Positions 46,291-59,200 of a stretch of DNA of 62,542 bases are shown piece by piece. Each line of letters opens with the position of its first letter. Position 1 is the stretch's first letter. Under the pieces are notes generated by a model. It was not told where the DNA came from, did not search any database, and saw only the letters and a program-made list of their open reading frames with translations. The translations under genes and the position numbers were made by a program. Source of the stretch: Amoebophrya sp. A120 (taxonomy: Eukaryota; Protista; Dinoflagellata); the NCBI GenBank assembly GCA_905178155.1, contig CAJINV010000006.1, positions 203,212 through 265,753 of the forward strand, written 5' to 3'.

Positions 46291-49200
46291 CGAGAGGCAG
46301 TTTCTCATGCTGGATAGGCATGATAGAGGTCGCACAGTAGAATCTGTCATGCTGGGTCGTGTATGACAGACCTCGCGCGTCATGGAAAACCTGCATGACA
46401 AGTCTTGCAACCTTCCAGACCCAGACATTTTTACATTTGATAACCACCCGATGTTCTTATGATTTCGTCGTTGTGTTCGCGTTCCGCTTCCTTCCCCGTT
46501 CTTTCCGCGGGTTTCTGCTCTTGCCAAAAGCCGTATGGGGGTGCACAACTTCCCCTCCCCCTCATTTGTATTTTTGCATGGACAGCAATACAAACACCAC
46601 CGCACATGGAGCCTGTGCATGACAAAGTCATGTGCCCAGTGTAGGACTGTTCTTTGGGCTTCCGGAATTTGTCATGCAAACAGTCCCACAGCGCAGCAAT
46701 AGCCTTGGGAATTTGGCATGACAAATGAGGGGGAGGGGGGGTTCTTGTGCACTCTCATAAGTTGGTGTTTCCGAACATCTCCGCATACGCCACGGCGTAC
46801 AGTTCGTCCAGCCGCTTTTGCTCCTCTATGGGATTCTCAAACGTTACATTCTCAGCTGTTACATGAATTTGTAATGCAAGAACCGCAACCGTCAAAGGGG
46901 CAAGCTTGCTGCTTTCGCATCACAGACTTGGCACAGATTTAGATGCTGTTTAGGCCTCCGAAGATTTGTCATGCGAAGCAGCTTGCTCTTCTTGCGGCTT
47001 ACGGTAGTTTTGCATGACAAATTCCTGTAACAGTTGAGAATGTATACGTTTGAGAACTCCATCTCCATATCCTCGTCTTCGACGGGGCTCGGAGTTGTAG
47101 ATTTGTCTTCAGTATGAAATGCAAAAGTGTCTGGGTCTGGAAGACTTGGAGACTTGTCATGCCTGTCCGGCATGACCAAAAAGTTTGTGATGCGTGTCCA
47201 AGAAGAGACCCTTCTGCCTGTCATGCAAAAACGCAGTTTGTCATGCGAAAAACGCAACGCAGAGAAGCGCAGATATTTCTCATGCTCGCTTGTGCATTAC
47301 AGAGCATTCATCACTATTCCCAACGCAGCATTACAAGTTTCCAGACCCAGACATTTTTGCAGTTGATATTCAGACGGCGGGTCGTGAAGGCGTAGCGAGG
47401 ACAACCCAGCTCCGGTTAATATTGTCCTCGTGGTCGTGTCCTGCTCCTCTATGGCGCCAGCACAAGCTGAACGCGTTTGCTCGAAGCTCTTTGCTTCTCG
47501 CGTTGCAGCACTGCCACCGGCTTCCTCCTCTTTCAGACAGCCGGGAAGACTACTCCTGCTTCCTCCGCTTTTAGCACTTTTCATGATAACAGATTCCGGG
47601 AGACGGGTCAAAATGGATGAGAAATCGACTCTCGGAATAAAGGACAGTGGACCACGCTCTGCAACTTCTTCCGGGCGTGACGAAGATGATCGTGGTGGTT
47701 GAAAGGCCGGGGCCTCATCCACCTTTTCTTGCACGTCCACCTTCACGAATGCTGGCGTTCGATCGCTTGTTGATGATACTCCCGCGGCCGCGCAGCGTCC
47801 ATTATAGTTTGTTGTATGTGCACGTGCAACATCTGCCGACGTGAGAAGTTGTCCTGTCTCACTTGTTCGTCGTCGTGCTGTGCAAGCGTTATTCAAAAAA
47901 GCGTCTCCTCCATCTCCGACGTCTTGAGGCCCGTTTCTTCGGGTCATGGCGCTGCAGGAGCAGCTCCTGTCAGCGCTATGCACTTCCTGATCTAGTAGTA
48001 CCGAGCGCGTTCCTCGTAGTTCTTCCGGCACGTAGTTTTTCATGCCGAGGGGGGTTTGCTTTGCAGTTACTCCTGTTGCCTTATGCATTGCAAATATATC
48101 TGGGTTGTCATGCGAGTGTCCGAATCATACGCACACTGTATTGCGAAGCAGCGCATGACAAGTTTCTGAGCGACTCTATCTAGCGTCAACCGCATGGCAA
48201 AATTGCCTTTTTGCATGGCAAACAAGTGGCACTGTAGCGCACGGAGCATGACAGACTTTTCTCTATTGTCGACCAAGCATGACAAACTTGCATTCTTGTT
48301 CCAGACCCAGACATATTTGCATGTGATATGCCTCTGCGCTGGCGGTACTCGTCGTCCACTGCGGGATCGTTGGCGCTGTTGGTTTCTTCAAAATTGACTT
48401 CGGAGGAAATGTATGCATTGCAAAATCAAAATTGTCGTCGAATGAGTACTACAAAACAGCCAGCATAGCATTAATATTACTCCGGCGGTTCGGAGTCGAA
48501 TTGCAATACAAATTTTTACTTCACGAACAAAAACGCAGTTTGTCAACGTGCTAGGTAGAAGATCAGTATCAGGCAATAGCAAAACGATAAATCTGTCATG
48601 CGTGGCCGCGACTACTAGCTACCACACTACCAGTACGACTGCGATGCTTTTCATCTTGCAGGGGATAACACGACAGCACATTGTGCCGCTTTTCCGGGGG
48701 CAGCGGCGTGGTGCGTTTCCGCAGGTGGTTGGCTGCTCGGTCTTCCGGCTCTTGTAGTGACAGAGAAGAACTACTACCAGGGAAAGAGAATCTACTTTCT
48801 TCGGTGAAATAATCGACGCAAGAAGTAGCCGTAGGATTTTTCTTATCAAGTGCAAAAATGTCTGGGTCTGGAAGAATATATGTTTGTCATGCTTGTCTGG
48901 CATGACTCTTAAATCTGTCATGCACGTTACCCAAGAGCTCCGTTTTTCTGTGATGCAGAAGCGCAGTTTGTCATGCAGAATAGGCAACAGCTAGGAGCTC
49001 AGAAACTTGTCATGCTGACCCAGCATTTGTAGCCTCATCATGAGACGCTACCCAGCATCACAAGTTCCCAGACCCAGACATTTTTACATTTGATATTTCT
49101 TGCTCGTCATATCAGCTGTTGTTGTACCAAACAGCCGCGGGTCGCTATCGAAAGGAAAAATCCCCCCTCCCCATATCGAAATGGAAATCTGTGATGCGGG

Positions 49201-52179
49201 ATTTGTGTACCCAAATCGCCTTTGTCTTGCAGTAGAAGACTGCAGGTAGATGCAAAGCCCGAGTAGAGGCCATTTGGTGTAGGCCCCTAGCAAGGCAGGC
49301 GCGTCCTCCTTAGGACATACAGCATTACCAATTGCCTGCAGAACGCGGCGGGGTTTTTGGGTTTGCCTTCTTGCAATACAGAGACGATTTGAGGTCTCAA
49401 ATCGGCATCACAAATTTTCAGAAGTATCCCGTTTTGATATGGGGAGGGGGGATTTTTCCTTTCGATAGTCACTAGGCAGGCCGGTCGCCGACGACGCGCA
49501 GTGGATCTTCTGCACGACGCCGGGCTCCTGCAACAAGACGTAGCCGCGTGACGACGACCCGTTGTCATCTTCGCCTTTTTTCGCAACGGCGACGGAGGTG
49601 GTATTGCTGGTTGAAGGTCTGTTCACTCCACCTTTCGACGTCGTTTTTGGCCGCGGGGGGACGGAGCAAGCAGCAGGGGACGATCCAGCTGCAGTCTTCT
49701 TGATAGGGGTATCAAATGCAAATATGTCTAGGTCTGGAAACTTGTAATGCTGAGTTGTGAATAGTAAGTGCTCTGTAATGCACAGCCAAGCATGAGAAAT
49801 ATTTGCGGGGCTACAGTGTTGCGTTTTCCGCATGACAAACTGCGTCTTTGCATGACAAGCAAATGGGTCTCTTCTTGGACACGCATCACAGACTTTTCAG
49901 TCATGCCAGACAAGCATGACAAACCTTGCATCTTTCCCGACCCAGACATTTTTGCAATGCATACGGGGGGACGGAGCAAGCAGCAGGTGACGATCTACCT
50001 GAAGATCCTCGTCCATCTGCAGTCTTCTTGTATCGCAAGAATAAACTGTTTCACTGTGAACTTGTGATGCAGAAAATGGATCGCAGACGTGTGTGTCATG
50101 CTACACATGCAAGACAGTTGATTTCTAGCTGTGTATTCCCTTGGGAACCCCGCATGACAGATTTTCAGTGTCATGCGTAACAAACTTGTGATGCAGATTT
50201 TGCAAAATCAGCACAGTGAAACAGTTTTTTCGTGGGATATCTTGATAGTATCGACTAGTACTGAGCTGCCCTGTGTTACCGCAGGGGTCGTACTACTCAA
50301 AAATACAGCGGGTCCTTTATTCATCGCACGCCGGGCTGAGGACGACCGCCCCCGGGACGACCTGGACCGCGGCGGTTCTTGCTGTTGGGTTGTGCGCCGG
50401 ATTAATAACATCGGCAGCGTGTTGTGTTCCCTACGAAAGCACTCCCGGATCCCGAGCGCTAGGCCCTTGATGCATTGCAAAAACGTCTGGGTCTGGAAGA
50501 ATGAGCGATTTGTCATGCAGCTTTTCCATGGCCCATGAGGTCTGGAATGCAGGACCTAGCATGACAGACTCTGTGGGATCTCTCTGATGCCTATCCTGCA
50601 TGAGAAACTCCCTCCCGACTTGGTCAAAACTGGACGACTTTTGGTAATCATGCAACACAGATTTTTGCATGCTCCAGATTTAGCATGACAAGTTGCATTC
50701 TTCCAGACCCAGACACTTTTACATTTGATACCCTTGATGCCCTTCTGATCGAGTTTTCCGGTCGTCTGGGTTAGGTAAATTTTTAAACAATCTGCCCGCA
50801 CCGCAGCCTCCCGCCTCTCGTCGCTGATCCGTCGCTATGCATTGCAAAAGTATCGCACTCGTATAAATGCATTACGGATTTCCTCAGCATAAAAAATAAA
50901 ATTTGTAATGCGGACTTACCTTTTCCTTCAGCAAAAGATTTGTAATCCATGTTTGCGATTACTACGGGTGCGATACTTTTGCACAGGATAGTCGCCAAAT
51001 CTCGCGGAGTTCCGACTGCAATAAAATTTCGAGCTTCGCCGCAATGTCCTTGTCACCGCCTTGCGCAAAGCCGGTTTTCCGTCGTTGCTCCGGGGAGAGG
51101 AGGTGCTGATGAATGAGTTCTTTCTCGTAGTTGTCGTCTAGTTTCTGGTTCGCGTAAACAATGGTAACAGTCTCGTCGAGGTCGTGATCCGTATTAGTTT
51201 TGATTGATGCGCGGACCGCGGTTTTTCTTTCCACCTCCGAGGTCGTGTCCTTTGCAGCGTCCGGGTCCGCCCCCTCCTGCAGGTGGTTCGATTTATTCAT
51301 CTTCAATATCACACTGAAAAATCCCCCCTCCCCATATCAAAACGGAAATCTGTGATGCAGATTTGTGGGCACAAATCAGCTTTGTGATGCTAGAGGGCAA
51401 AAATGCTAGAGGGTTGTAGTGCTGTCTAGTGTGGGAAAGTGTTGCAGCTCGAGGATGACAGGAGGCAACTGGAAGTGGGAAACAGCATGACAGATTGCCT
51501 GCAATTTAGGCCGCAGCTTCGTCTCTTGGCCTTCTAGCAATACAAGTCGATTTGTGTACTNNNNNNNNNNNNNNNNNNNNNNNNNNNNNNNNNNNNNNNN
51601 NNNNNNNNNNNNNNNNNNNNNNNNNNNNNNNNNNNNNNNNNNNNNNNNNNNNNNNNNNNNACCAAAGCAAAACAACGCCCAAACCCGGGAGCCCAAAAGC
51701 GGCACCCCTTGCGCAGGCGAATCCCGGCGGCACGGCGGGTCTTTTGACTATCTCCTGGGGGGTTTCTTTTTTTCCATTACCGCACTGCTGGCTGTATCAA
51801 AAACAAAATTCAACGTTCTTGTTGTGCGAAAAAAATTCTTCGCGTTTTTTAAGCAGATCAGAGCTTAAAGCCAATATACATCGAGCCAAGCGTGAACGAA
51901 AATTCTTCAAAATCTCCATCAACCCAAACTGCTAGAGAAACGAAACAGTAGTTGCCATCTTCCATCCATGTTATCCAGCCTTCGGAGCTTTTGTTTTTTG
52001 CATCAACATCAAACCGCAGATCCTCATTCCGGCTTCTGATTCCAACATCAGGTTTCGTTCTATATGAAGCAGCAATTTAAGTTTTGTTTCCTTCGAGCAC
52101 TATCAGACGACCTTTTCAAAAACAAATTTTCGCCTTCACTACACAAAACACTGAGTCCGCATGTTGTGAAGAACAATTC
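46291..52179 (-). repeat. Copy 2 of the tandem duplication, right part (5' portion of the large gene with its introners)
   Basis: Near-identical to 11282-17210 up to the gap, lacking the solo LTR and with small indels; diverged similarity to ~18350-18692 after the gap. Confidence 0.9.
51561..51660. other. Assembly gap (100 N)
   Basis: Run of N. Confidence 0.99.
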
Positions 52180-52511
52180 GAGATGAAGAAACGCATATTT
52201 ACTGAACACCATCGATATCTATTCATCGGAAAAATGCTATGACGGCGCAAATTTTGAAGTGCTGAAATTATGTGTTTCTTTTTGTTGACATGGGTATAAG
52301 AGATGGAAATGACCCATGAGGTCTTAGTATGACAGATGCTGCGAGAGGATCTCTATCTTTATCCTGCGTGAGAAATACCTCCCCCTCAACGAGCTGGTCA
52401 AAAGTGGACAACATCTTTTGGTGATCAGGCGACACAGATTTTTGCATGATCCAAACTTAGCATGACAAGTTGCCATCCTTCAAACCCAGATCGATATTCG
52501 CAATGCACAGC

Positions 52512-54857
52512 TCATCCTCCGATTCCCAATTCCCGTATCAACGTCGGTTCATCCATATGCAGTGCAAAAGTATCGTACTAGTGTAAATTGCATATACAAA
52601 TTTCCTCAGCATTAGAAATGAAATTTGTAATGCTGATTTACCTTAAGAATAAAGATTTGCAATGCATAAATGTAATTAGTACCAGTACGACACTTTTCCT
52701 TTTGCAGTGCATAATCCAGGCCGAAATGAATGCTGAGCAGCTGCAGTAGATCCCGGATGAACCTGCCCGCGAAGCCGGGTGCGCAGCCGCCGCCGGTTCG
52801 GTGGTTTTCGAGCAGACTCTATGCATTGCAAATATGTGGTCTCGGTCTGGAAACATGTAAACCTCTGATGCGCGTTTCACACCAGACAAAAATCTGTCAT
52901 GCATGGACCGGAAAAAGTCGCTCATTTCTTGTCACACAAAGAGGGCATTTGTAATGCGGACTTGCACGCCAGACCTTCTCTGTCATGCACAAGCAGCATC
53001 ACACTCTTGCTCTTCCAGACCTAGACATATTTGCATTTGATAGGCTCTCGATAGGAATGTCGAATTGCGCTCCGGTGGACAAGCCCTTCTGTTCCTCCAG
53101 CAACGTGGCTAAAAACCAGTTTTTCCGTAGCAGCAGCACCACATCCGCTAACCCCGTCTCGCTGTCCGCATACGTGGTTGCTGGTACTCCAATTTGCGCG
53201 CAGTGAGTGGCGAGTTGGGAGAAGGTCTTGTCCAGCTCGGTGAGTAAAGACTCATTCGTAGCTATCGAAAGGAAAAATCCCCCCTACCCATAACAAAACG
53301 AGATTTCTGATGCTGGATTTGTGTACACAGATCCTAGCTGTCTTGCTGGAGAGCACTGCAGGCCCCTACAAAGTGTGAGTCGAAACGTTTTGGCCTAGGC
53401 ACTTAACATGACAAAAAAAACGTCCGCGCTGTAGGCCCAACAGCATGACAATCCGCCTGCACAATGCGGCGGAACCTGCGGAGTTGCCTTCTTGCAAGAC
53501 AGGCACAATTTGTGATTACAAATCAGCATCACAAATTTCAAAAAATATACCCTTTCAGTATGGGGTAGGGGGATTTTTTCTTTTGATAGTAGCCTGTCCT
53601 CCCGTCGTGCTCCTTACTCGGTTCCCTCGTTGATCCGCGGCGAACTTTGCGGCGAGAGTAGTGTCCGCTGCCAACCTATGAAGTGCAAAGATCCCTGGAC
53701 GTCTGGAAGGTTGCAACTTGCGATGCTGTTTTTCGATTCTAAAAAAATCTGTATTGCATCACCAGCAACAGGATTGCAGTTTGTGCTACACGGTAGTAGG
53801 GGTAAGTATTTCTCATGCGGAATAGGCAACTACAGGAAGCCCGCTAAAAATCTGTGATGGTAAGCCATGCATTGCAGGCATCATGGGTCATGCAATATAT
53901 GCATGACAAACCTGGCAATCTTCCAGACCCAGACATTTTTGCATTTGATACAACCGGGCGGAAAACTTGCTGCAGATGATCGCTTGCAGGCTGGGTAACG
54001 AAAGATCGAAATCATCGACCATTGCAGGTCCAGATGCTGATGCGCTGGTGCTGGCGGCCGCGCCCTATCAAAAGAAAAACTCTCCCCTCCCCATATCGAA
54101 ACGACGGCTCTGTTGCTGGATTTGCGTACGCTTTGTCTTGCCGTAAAGCATAGCGGCCAGATCCTCAGCCTCGATAGGGGCGCAAGGGCGTAGTTGTTTA
54201 GCATCGCAACCGGCGGCCCTGTAGGCCCAACAGCATGCCAAACCGCTTCCATAATGGAACGGAAGCCTCTGCGCTTGTCTCTTTGCAAGACAAATATGAG
54301 GATTTGTGGCCCTAAAAAGATGAGCAACAGAAATTTTCGGAGCCTTCCTTTGCAATATGGGCAGGGGGGATTTTTTCTCTCAATACGCCAGTCGTTTTCG
54401 TTAGGTACTCGACTCCGAAGTACCGCTCGAAAATCTGCTCCAAGACTATGACTTGCTCAAATGCTACAATCTCAAACGTTACCATGGAATATGGAAGTCT
54501 GTGATGCAAGAAGTGCATGATCTAGCCTACTCCCACAGCATTCCGCATGACAAGTTCGGGAGTCCGAAACCGCACTAGAATCTGGCGAAATTTGTGCTGC
54601 AGAAAGTAGAACGCTCTGCGGGTTTGTCATGCTCCTCATGCAATACAAAATCCAGATTCTATTGTAGCGTTTAAGATTGTAACCACGTTTGAGCAGGTCA
54701 TAAAGACAACCAAGCTCGGTTTCCCAAAATTTCGGTTGAATTTGTGCACGTCGCCGTCCTGGTGCCGGATGGCCTCCCGCCAGAGGCTGAGAAGTTGCTG
54801 CTTGATCACTTCCCTGTCGGCAGCCTCGGTTTCCGCTTTGGTGCTTGGAGTCGCCAT
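52512..54857 (-). CDS. Hypothetical protein, 252 aa, 7 exons separated by 6 introners
   Basis: Removing all six elements plus one TSD each gives one 759-nt frame: MATPSTKAE...SLVVLEQIFERYFGVEYL...LLRKNWFL...ENHRTGGGCAPGFAGRFIRDLLQLL...LGIGG*. Confidence 0.8.
52556..52713. mobile_element. Introner, family C, 158 bp
   Basis: TIR; perfect TSD atcca. Confidence 0.9.
52820..53042. mobile_element. Introner, family A, 223 bp
   Basis: TIR; flanks gactc/ggctc. Confidence 0.88.
53263..53588. mobile_element. Introner, family B, 326 bp
   Basis: TIR; perfect TSD gtagc. Confidence 0.92.
53677..53950. mobile_element. Introner, family A, 274 bp
   Basis: TIR; perfect TSD caacc. Confidence 0.9.
54066..54385. 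mobile_element. Introner, family B, 320 bp
   Basis: TIR; flanks cgccc/cgcca. Confidence 0.88.
54447..54702. mobile_element. Introner, family D-like, 256 bp
   Basis: TIR tatgac.tgctcaaa; perfect TSD aagac. Confidence 0.9.
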
Positions 54858-56202
54858 TATGTTCTGCAGTTGCTGATACTTGACTAATGCGGTGAATGCA
54901 GATAGCATGTTACTAATACAACTTCTATCAGTTCTGCATCAGATACTTAAGGGGCTCAGAACCAGAATAAGTGAAAAATAGTAAAATCCATCCGTGTGAA
55001 AAAAAAAGTTCTCGTTGTGCTGATATTTTTATAAAAGAATGGGAGCTGCTGGCCTTCTTGATCGGGGTCTGTGAGAGTTTACACGAGAGCAGGACGATCT
55101 TCACAAACAGAGACAGACGATAGAGCACAGCAAATGCTCTATTTGGTACTTAGCTGGTAAGGATAATTTTCGAAAGTTACATGTAGTGCAAGAAGCTAGA
55201 AGTATGCGTTTGTCGCACCAGAACTCGACAGCTTGCGAACAGGTAAGCTTATCAGGTGAGGAGGAGGACCTTCCGAGGAAAAGAACAGTCGTTTTTCGCC
55301 GATTTCCGCTGCAATGATTGCGGATTAGCAAGAACTACTTACACAGCAGGAACACAAACTCAACTCCCTACAACATCCATAAAGACTTCTCTTTCTTTCA
55401 CTTTGTGTTGCTTATCTTCCTTTAGTTTTACTGGCTCCAACACTTCTTCGTGATATGTTGCTTTTTTGTTCAACACAACTTCTGTCGACGGCGCGAAAGT
55501 AATAATTAATCAAATCCACCGCTGCTAACGCTAACCATGCATGAGAAGCGAACTCAGCGACAAATTCACATTTTTAGCATCGTGCCTATCTTGGTTGCAT
55601 TTTCTCGCCCTGGTGCAGTTCTTTCTCCTCGGGGTCTTTCTTCCCTTTGTGATCATGCCATCCAAGAAACGGTAATGAGAGTGCGCAATAGGGTATGGCA
55701 GTGCACAACTCGTCCCCCGATTCCTCATTTGTATGGCATGAACAGCGATGCAGCCGTCGGCAAGAGTGCAGGTTCTGCATGACAGATTCCCCGCCCGGGA
55801 TTAAAAACCCACACTCGACTCGGTAGCCCTCCTCTTCGGTTCCGCGTGTTCGAAAGCGCTCACGCCGTCGAACATTGTCGCCATGCGGGTCCTGTTTGCG
55901 ACGTACCACCCGAACTGCGAAGATCATCCACGGCCACAGTTTCCTTCTCCACTACTGTATTTTCTTTCCCTGCTAAAGTTTCTGTCTGTCACTGTCTTCA
56001 GCTTCGCCACAGCCTGGCGAAGCACATCGCCCAGGTTAAGTAAGTAACTTGTTCCACCGCCGCGGTCACGCTTTTCTGGTACTGCTTCGATGATTGTCCT
56101 CCCCGCAAGAACATCGTTACAGAGGTCACCGATGTCCTCGGCAAAGAGTTGTACTGCTTCTACGTGTACTTTCTTGTACTTCTAAAGCAGGTCCTGCTTC
56201 CC

Positions 56203-59200
56203 TCAAAAAATCAGCTCCCCACTGTGGTAGTGCAGCTCTTTGTCGTCTCTCTTCCCCGATGCGTAATACAGCCGCCTGGGATGAATCGCGAAATCCCCTT
56301 CCATATGCATTGCAAAAGTACAGTAATTTTTCCAATACTGCAGCATGACAAATTTCCTTCCTAAAAAGCAAAATCAGAATGGGAGATCTAATTTCTCATG
56401 CTGGGGAAATTTGTCATGCTAGTACCAAATTGAAATTACTTTTGCACAGGATATTCCAGCCTCCTGACCTGTCGGAACCTGCGTTGCAATGCGCGGTAGA
56501 ATTTCGAAAACGAGTACTCCTCGTATAAATCGGCAGGCACCACTATCCTGAGAAAAAACGTCCCTACCCCAGAGTTGTCATGCAAATCTGCACGCCAAAA
56601 AAGTTTGTCACGCGGGTCCCCATGAGAAGCGTTTTCTGTTCGTATTTGGCAATTTATGATGCTAGAATCGGCATGATGTGCTGGATCTGTGATGCTTCTG
56701 AACTAGCCAAACAGGACTCCACTACGAAGACAAACTTGTCATGCGAAACAACCGAAGCTGGTGGATCTGTGTAGCAGATTTCGCATCTTGACTCTGGGTT
56801 GGGGACGTTTTTGCTCAGGATAACCACGTGCAGCTTGTTCGTTCGGAAGACCTGTTCGTACTGCAGATGCGAATCTTCAGCATCGCTTTCCATGCGTTCC
56901 TCCCCACGACCCTGTAGTGCTGCTGCTTCCGCCAAGGGGATCCACTCAATCAGCAGCGCGCCATCCACCTTTGCGAAGGCAGTGTACAAGCCGATCCAGG
57001 TATCGCGAGAAAAAACTGTGTAAGCGCAGACGTCTTGGGGTGGCAGCATGACAGAGAAAAGGAGAACCTCCTGTCATGCGCAGCTAGCACGTAAACGGAA
57101 AACCACATATGACAAGAGGGGTTCGCGGCTGCTCAACAAAGCCTCCCTCTTGTTTGGCTACGGGCAGAGGCCCCACTAAGCGAAGCCTTCGCCCGATGGC
57201 ACGGCGCGAAATTTTCTACGGGCACCCGTACAGAAACCGGTAGCCGGCCACTTCCGGCAAAGCTTCCCCCTTGTTTGGCTACGGGCAGAGGCCCTATTAA
57301 GCGAAGCCGTCGCCCGATGGCACGGCGCGAAATTTTCTACGGGCACCCGTACAGAAACTGGCAGCCGATCACTTCCGGCAAAGCGCGCCCCTTGTTTGGC
57401 TACGGGCAGAGGCCTTACTAAGCGAAGCCGTCGCCCGATGGCACGGCGCGAAATTTTCTACGGGCACCCGTACAGAAACTGGCAGCCGGCCACTTCCGGC
57501 AAAGCTTCCCCCTAGTTTGGCTACGGGCAGAGGCCCTACCAAGCGAAGCCGTCGCCCGATGGCACGGCGCGAAATTTTCTACGGGCACCCGTACACAAAC
57601 TGGTAGCCGGCCACTTCCGGCAAAGCTTCCCCCTTGTTTGGCTACGGGCAGAGGCCCTACTAAGCGGAGCCGTCGCCCGATGCATGGCACGGCGCGGAAT
57701 TTTCTACGGGCACCCGTACAGAAACTGGCAGCCGGCCACTTCCGGCAAAGCTTCCCCCTTGTTTGGCTACGGGCAGAGGCCCTACTAAGCGGAGCCGTCG
57801 CCCGATGGCACGGCGCGCAATTTTCTACGGGCACCCGTACAGAAACTGGTAGCCGGCCACTTCCGGCAAAGCTTCCCCCTTGTTTGGCTACGGGCAGAGG
57901 CCCTACTAAGCGAAGCCGTCGCCCGATGGCACGGCGCGAAATTTTCTACGGGCACCCGTACAGAAACTGGTAGCCGGCCACTTCCGGCAAAGCTTCCCCC
58001 TTGTTTGGCTACGGGCAGAGGCCCTACTAAGCGAAGCCGTCGCCCGATGGCACGGCGCGAAATTTTCTACGGGCACCCGTACAGAAACTGGTAGCCGGCC
58101 ACTTCCGGCAAAGCGTCCCCCTTGTTTGGCTACGGGCAGAGGCCCTACTAAGCGAAGCCGTCGCCCGATGGCACGGCGCGAAATTTTCTACGGGCACCCG
58201 TACAGAAACTGGTAGCCGGCCACTTCCGGCAAAGCGTCCCCCTTGTTTGGCTACGGGCAGAGGCCCTACTAAGCGAAGCCGTCGCCCGATGGCACGGCGC
58301 GAAATTTTCTACGGGCACCCGTACAGAAACTGGTAGCCGGCCACTTCCGGCAAAGCGTCCCCCTTGTTTGGCTACGGGCAGAGGCCCTACTAAGCGAAGC
58401 CGTCGCCCGATGGCACGGCGCGAAATTTTCTACGGGCACCCGTACAGAAACTGGTAGCCGGCCACTTCCGGCAAAGCGTCCCCCTTGTTTGGCTACGGGC
58501 AGAGGCCCTACTAAGCGAAGCCGTCGCCCGATGGCACGGCGCGAAATTTTCTACGGGCACCCGTACAGAAACTGGTAGCCGGCCACTTCCGGCAAAGCGT
58601 CCCCCTTGTTTGGCTACGGGCAGAGGCCCTACTAAGCGAAGCCGTCGCCCGATGGCACGGCGCGAAATTTTCTACGGGCACCCGTACAGAAACTGGTAGC
58701 CGGCCACTTCCGGCAAAGCGTCCCCCTTGTTTGGCTACGGGCAGAGGCCCTACTAAGCGAAGCCGTCGCCCGATGGCACGGCGCGAAATTTTCTACGGGC
58801 ACCCGTACAGAAACTGGTAGCCGGCCACTTCCGGCAAAGCGTCCCCCTTGTTTGGCTACGGGCAGAGGCCCTACTAAGCGAAGCCGTCGCCCGATGGCAC
58901 GGCGCGAAATTTTCTACGGGCACCCGTACAGAAACTGGTAGCCGGCCACTTCCGGCAAAGCGTCCCCCTTGTTTGGCTACGGGCAGAGGCCCTACTAAGC
59001 GAAGCCGTCGCCCGATGGCACGGCGCGAAATTTTCTACGGGCACCCGTACAGAAACTGGTAGCCGGCCACTTCCGGCAAAGCGTCCCCCTTGTTTGGCTA
59101 CGGGCAGAGGCCCTACTAAGCGAAGCCGTCGCCCGATGGCACGGCGCGAAATTTTCTACGGGCACCCGTACAGAAACTGGTAGCCGGCCACTTCCGGCAA

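Noticed and set aside
55694-55800. Complete family H introner
   Set aside because: Only one degenerate end is visible, with no partner TIR or TSD; the remnant near 52300-52509 is similar.
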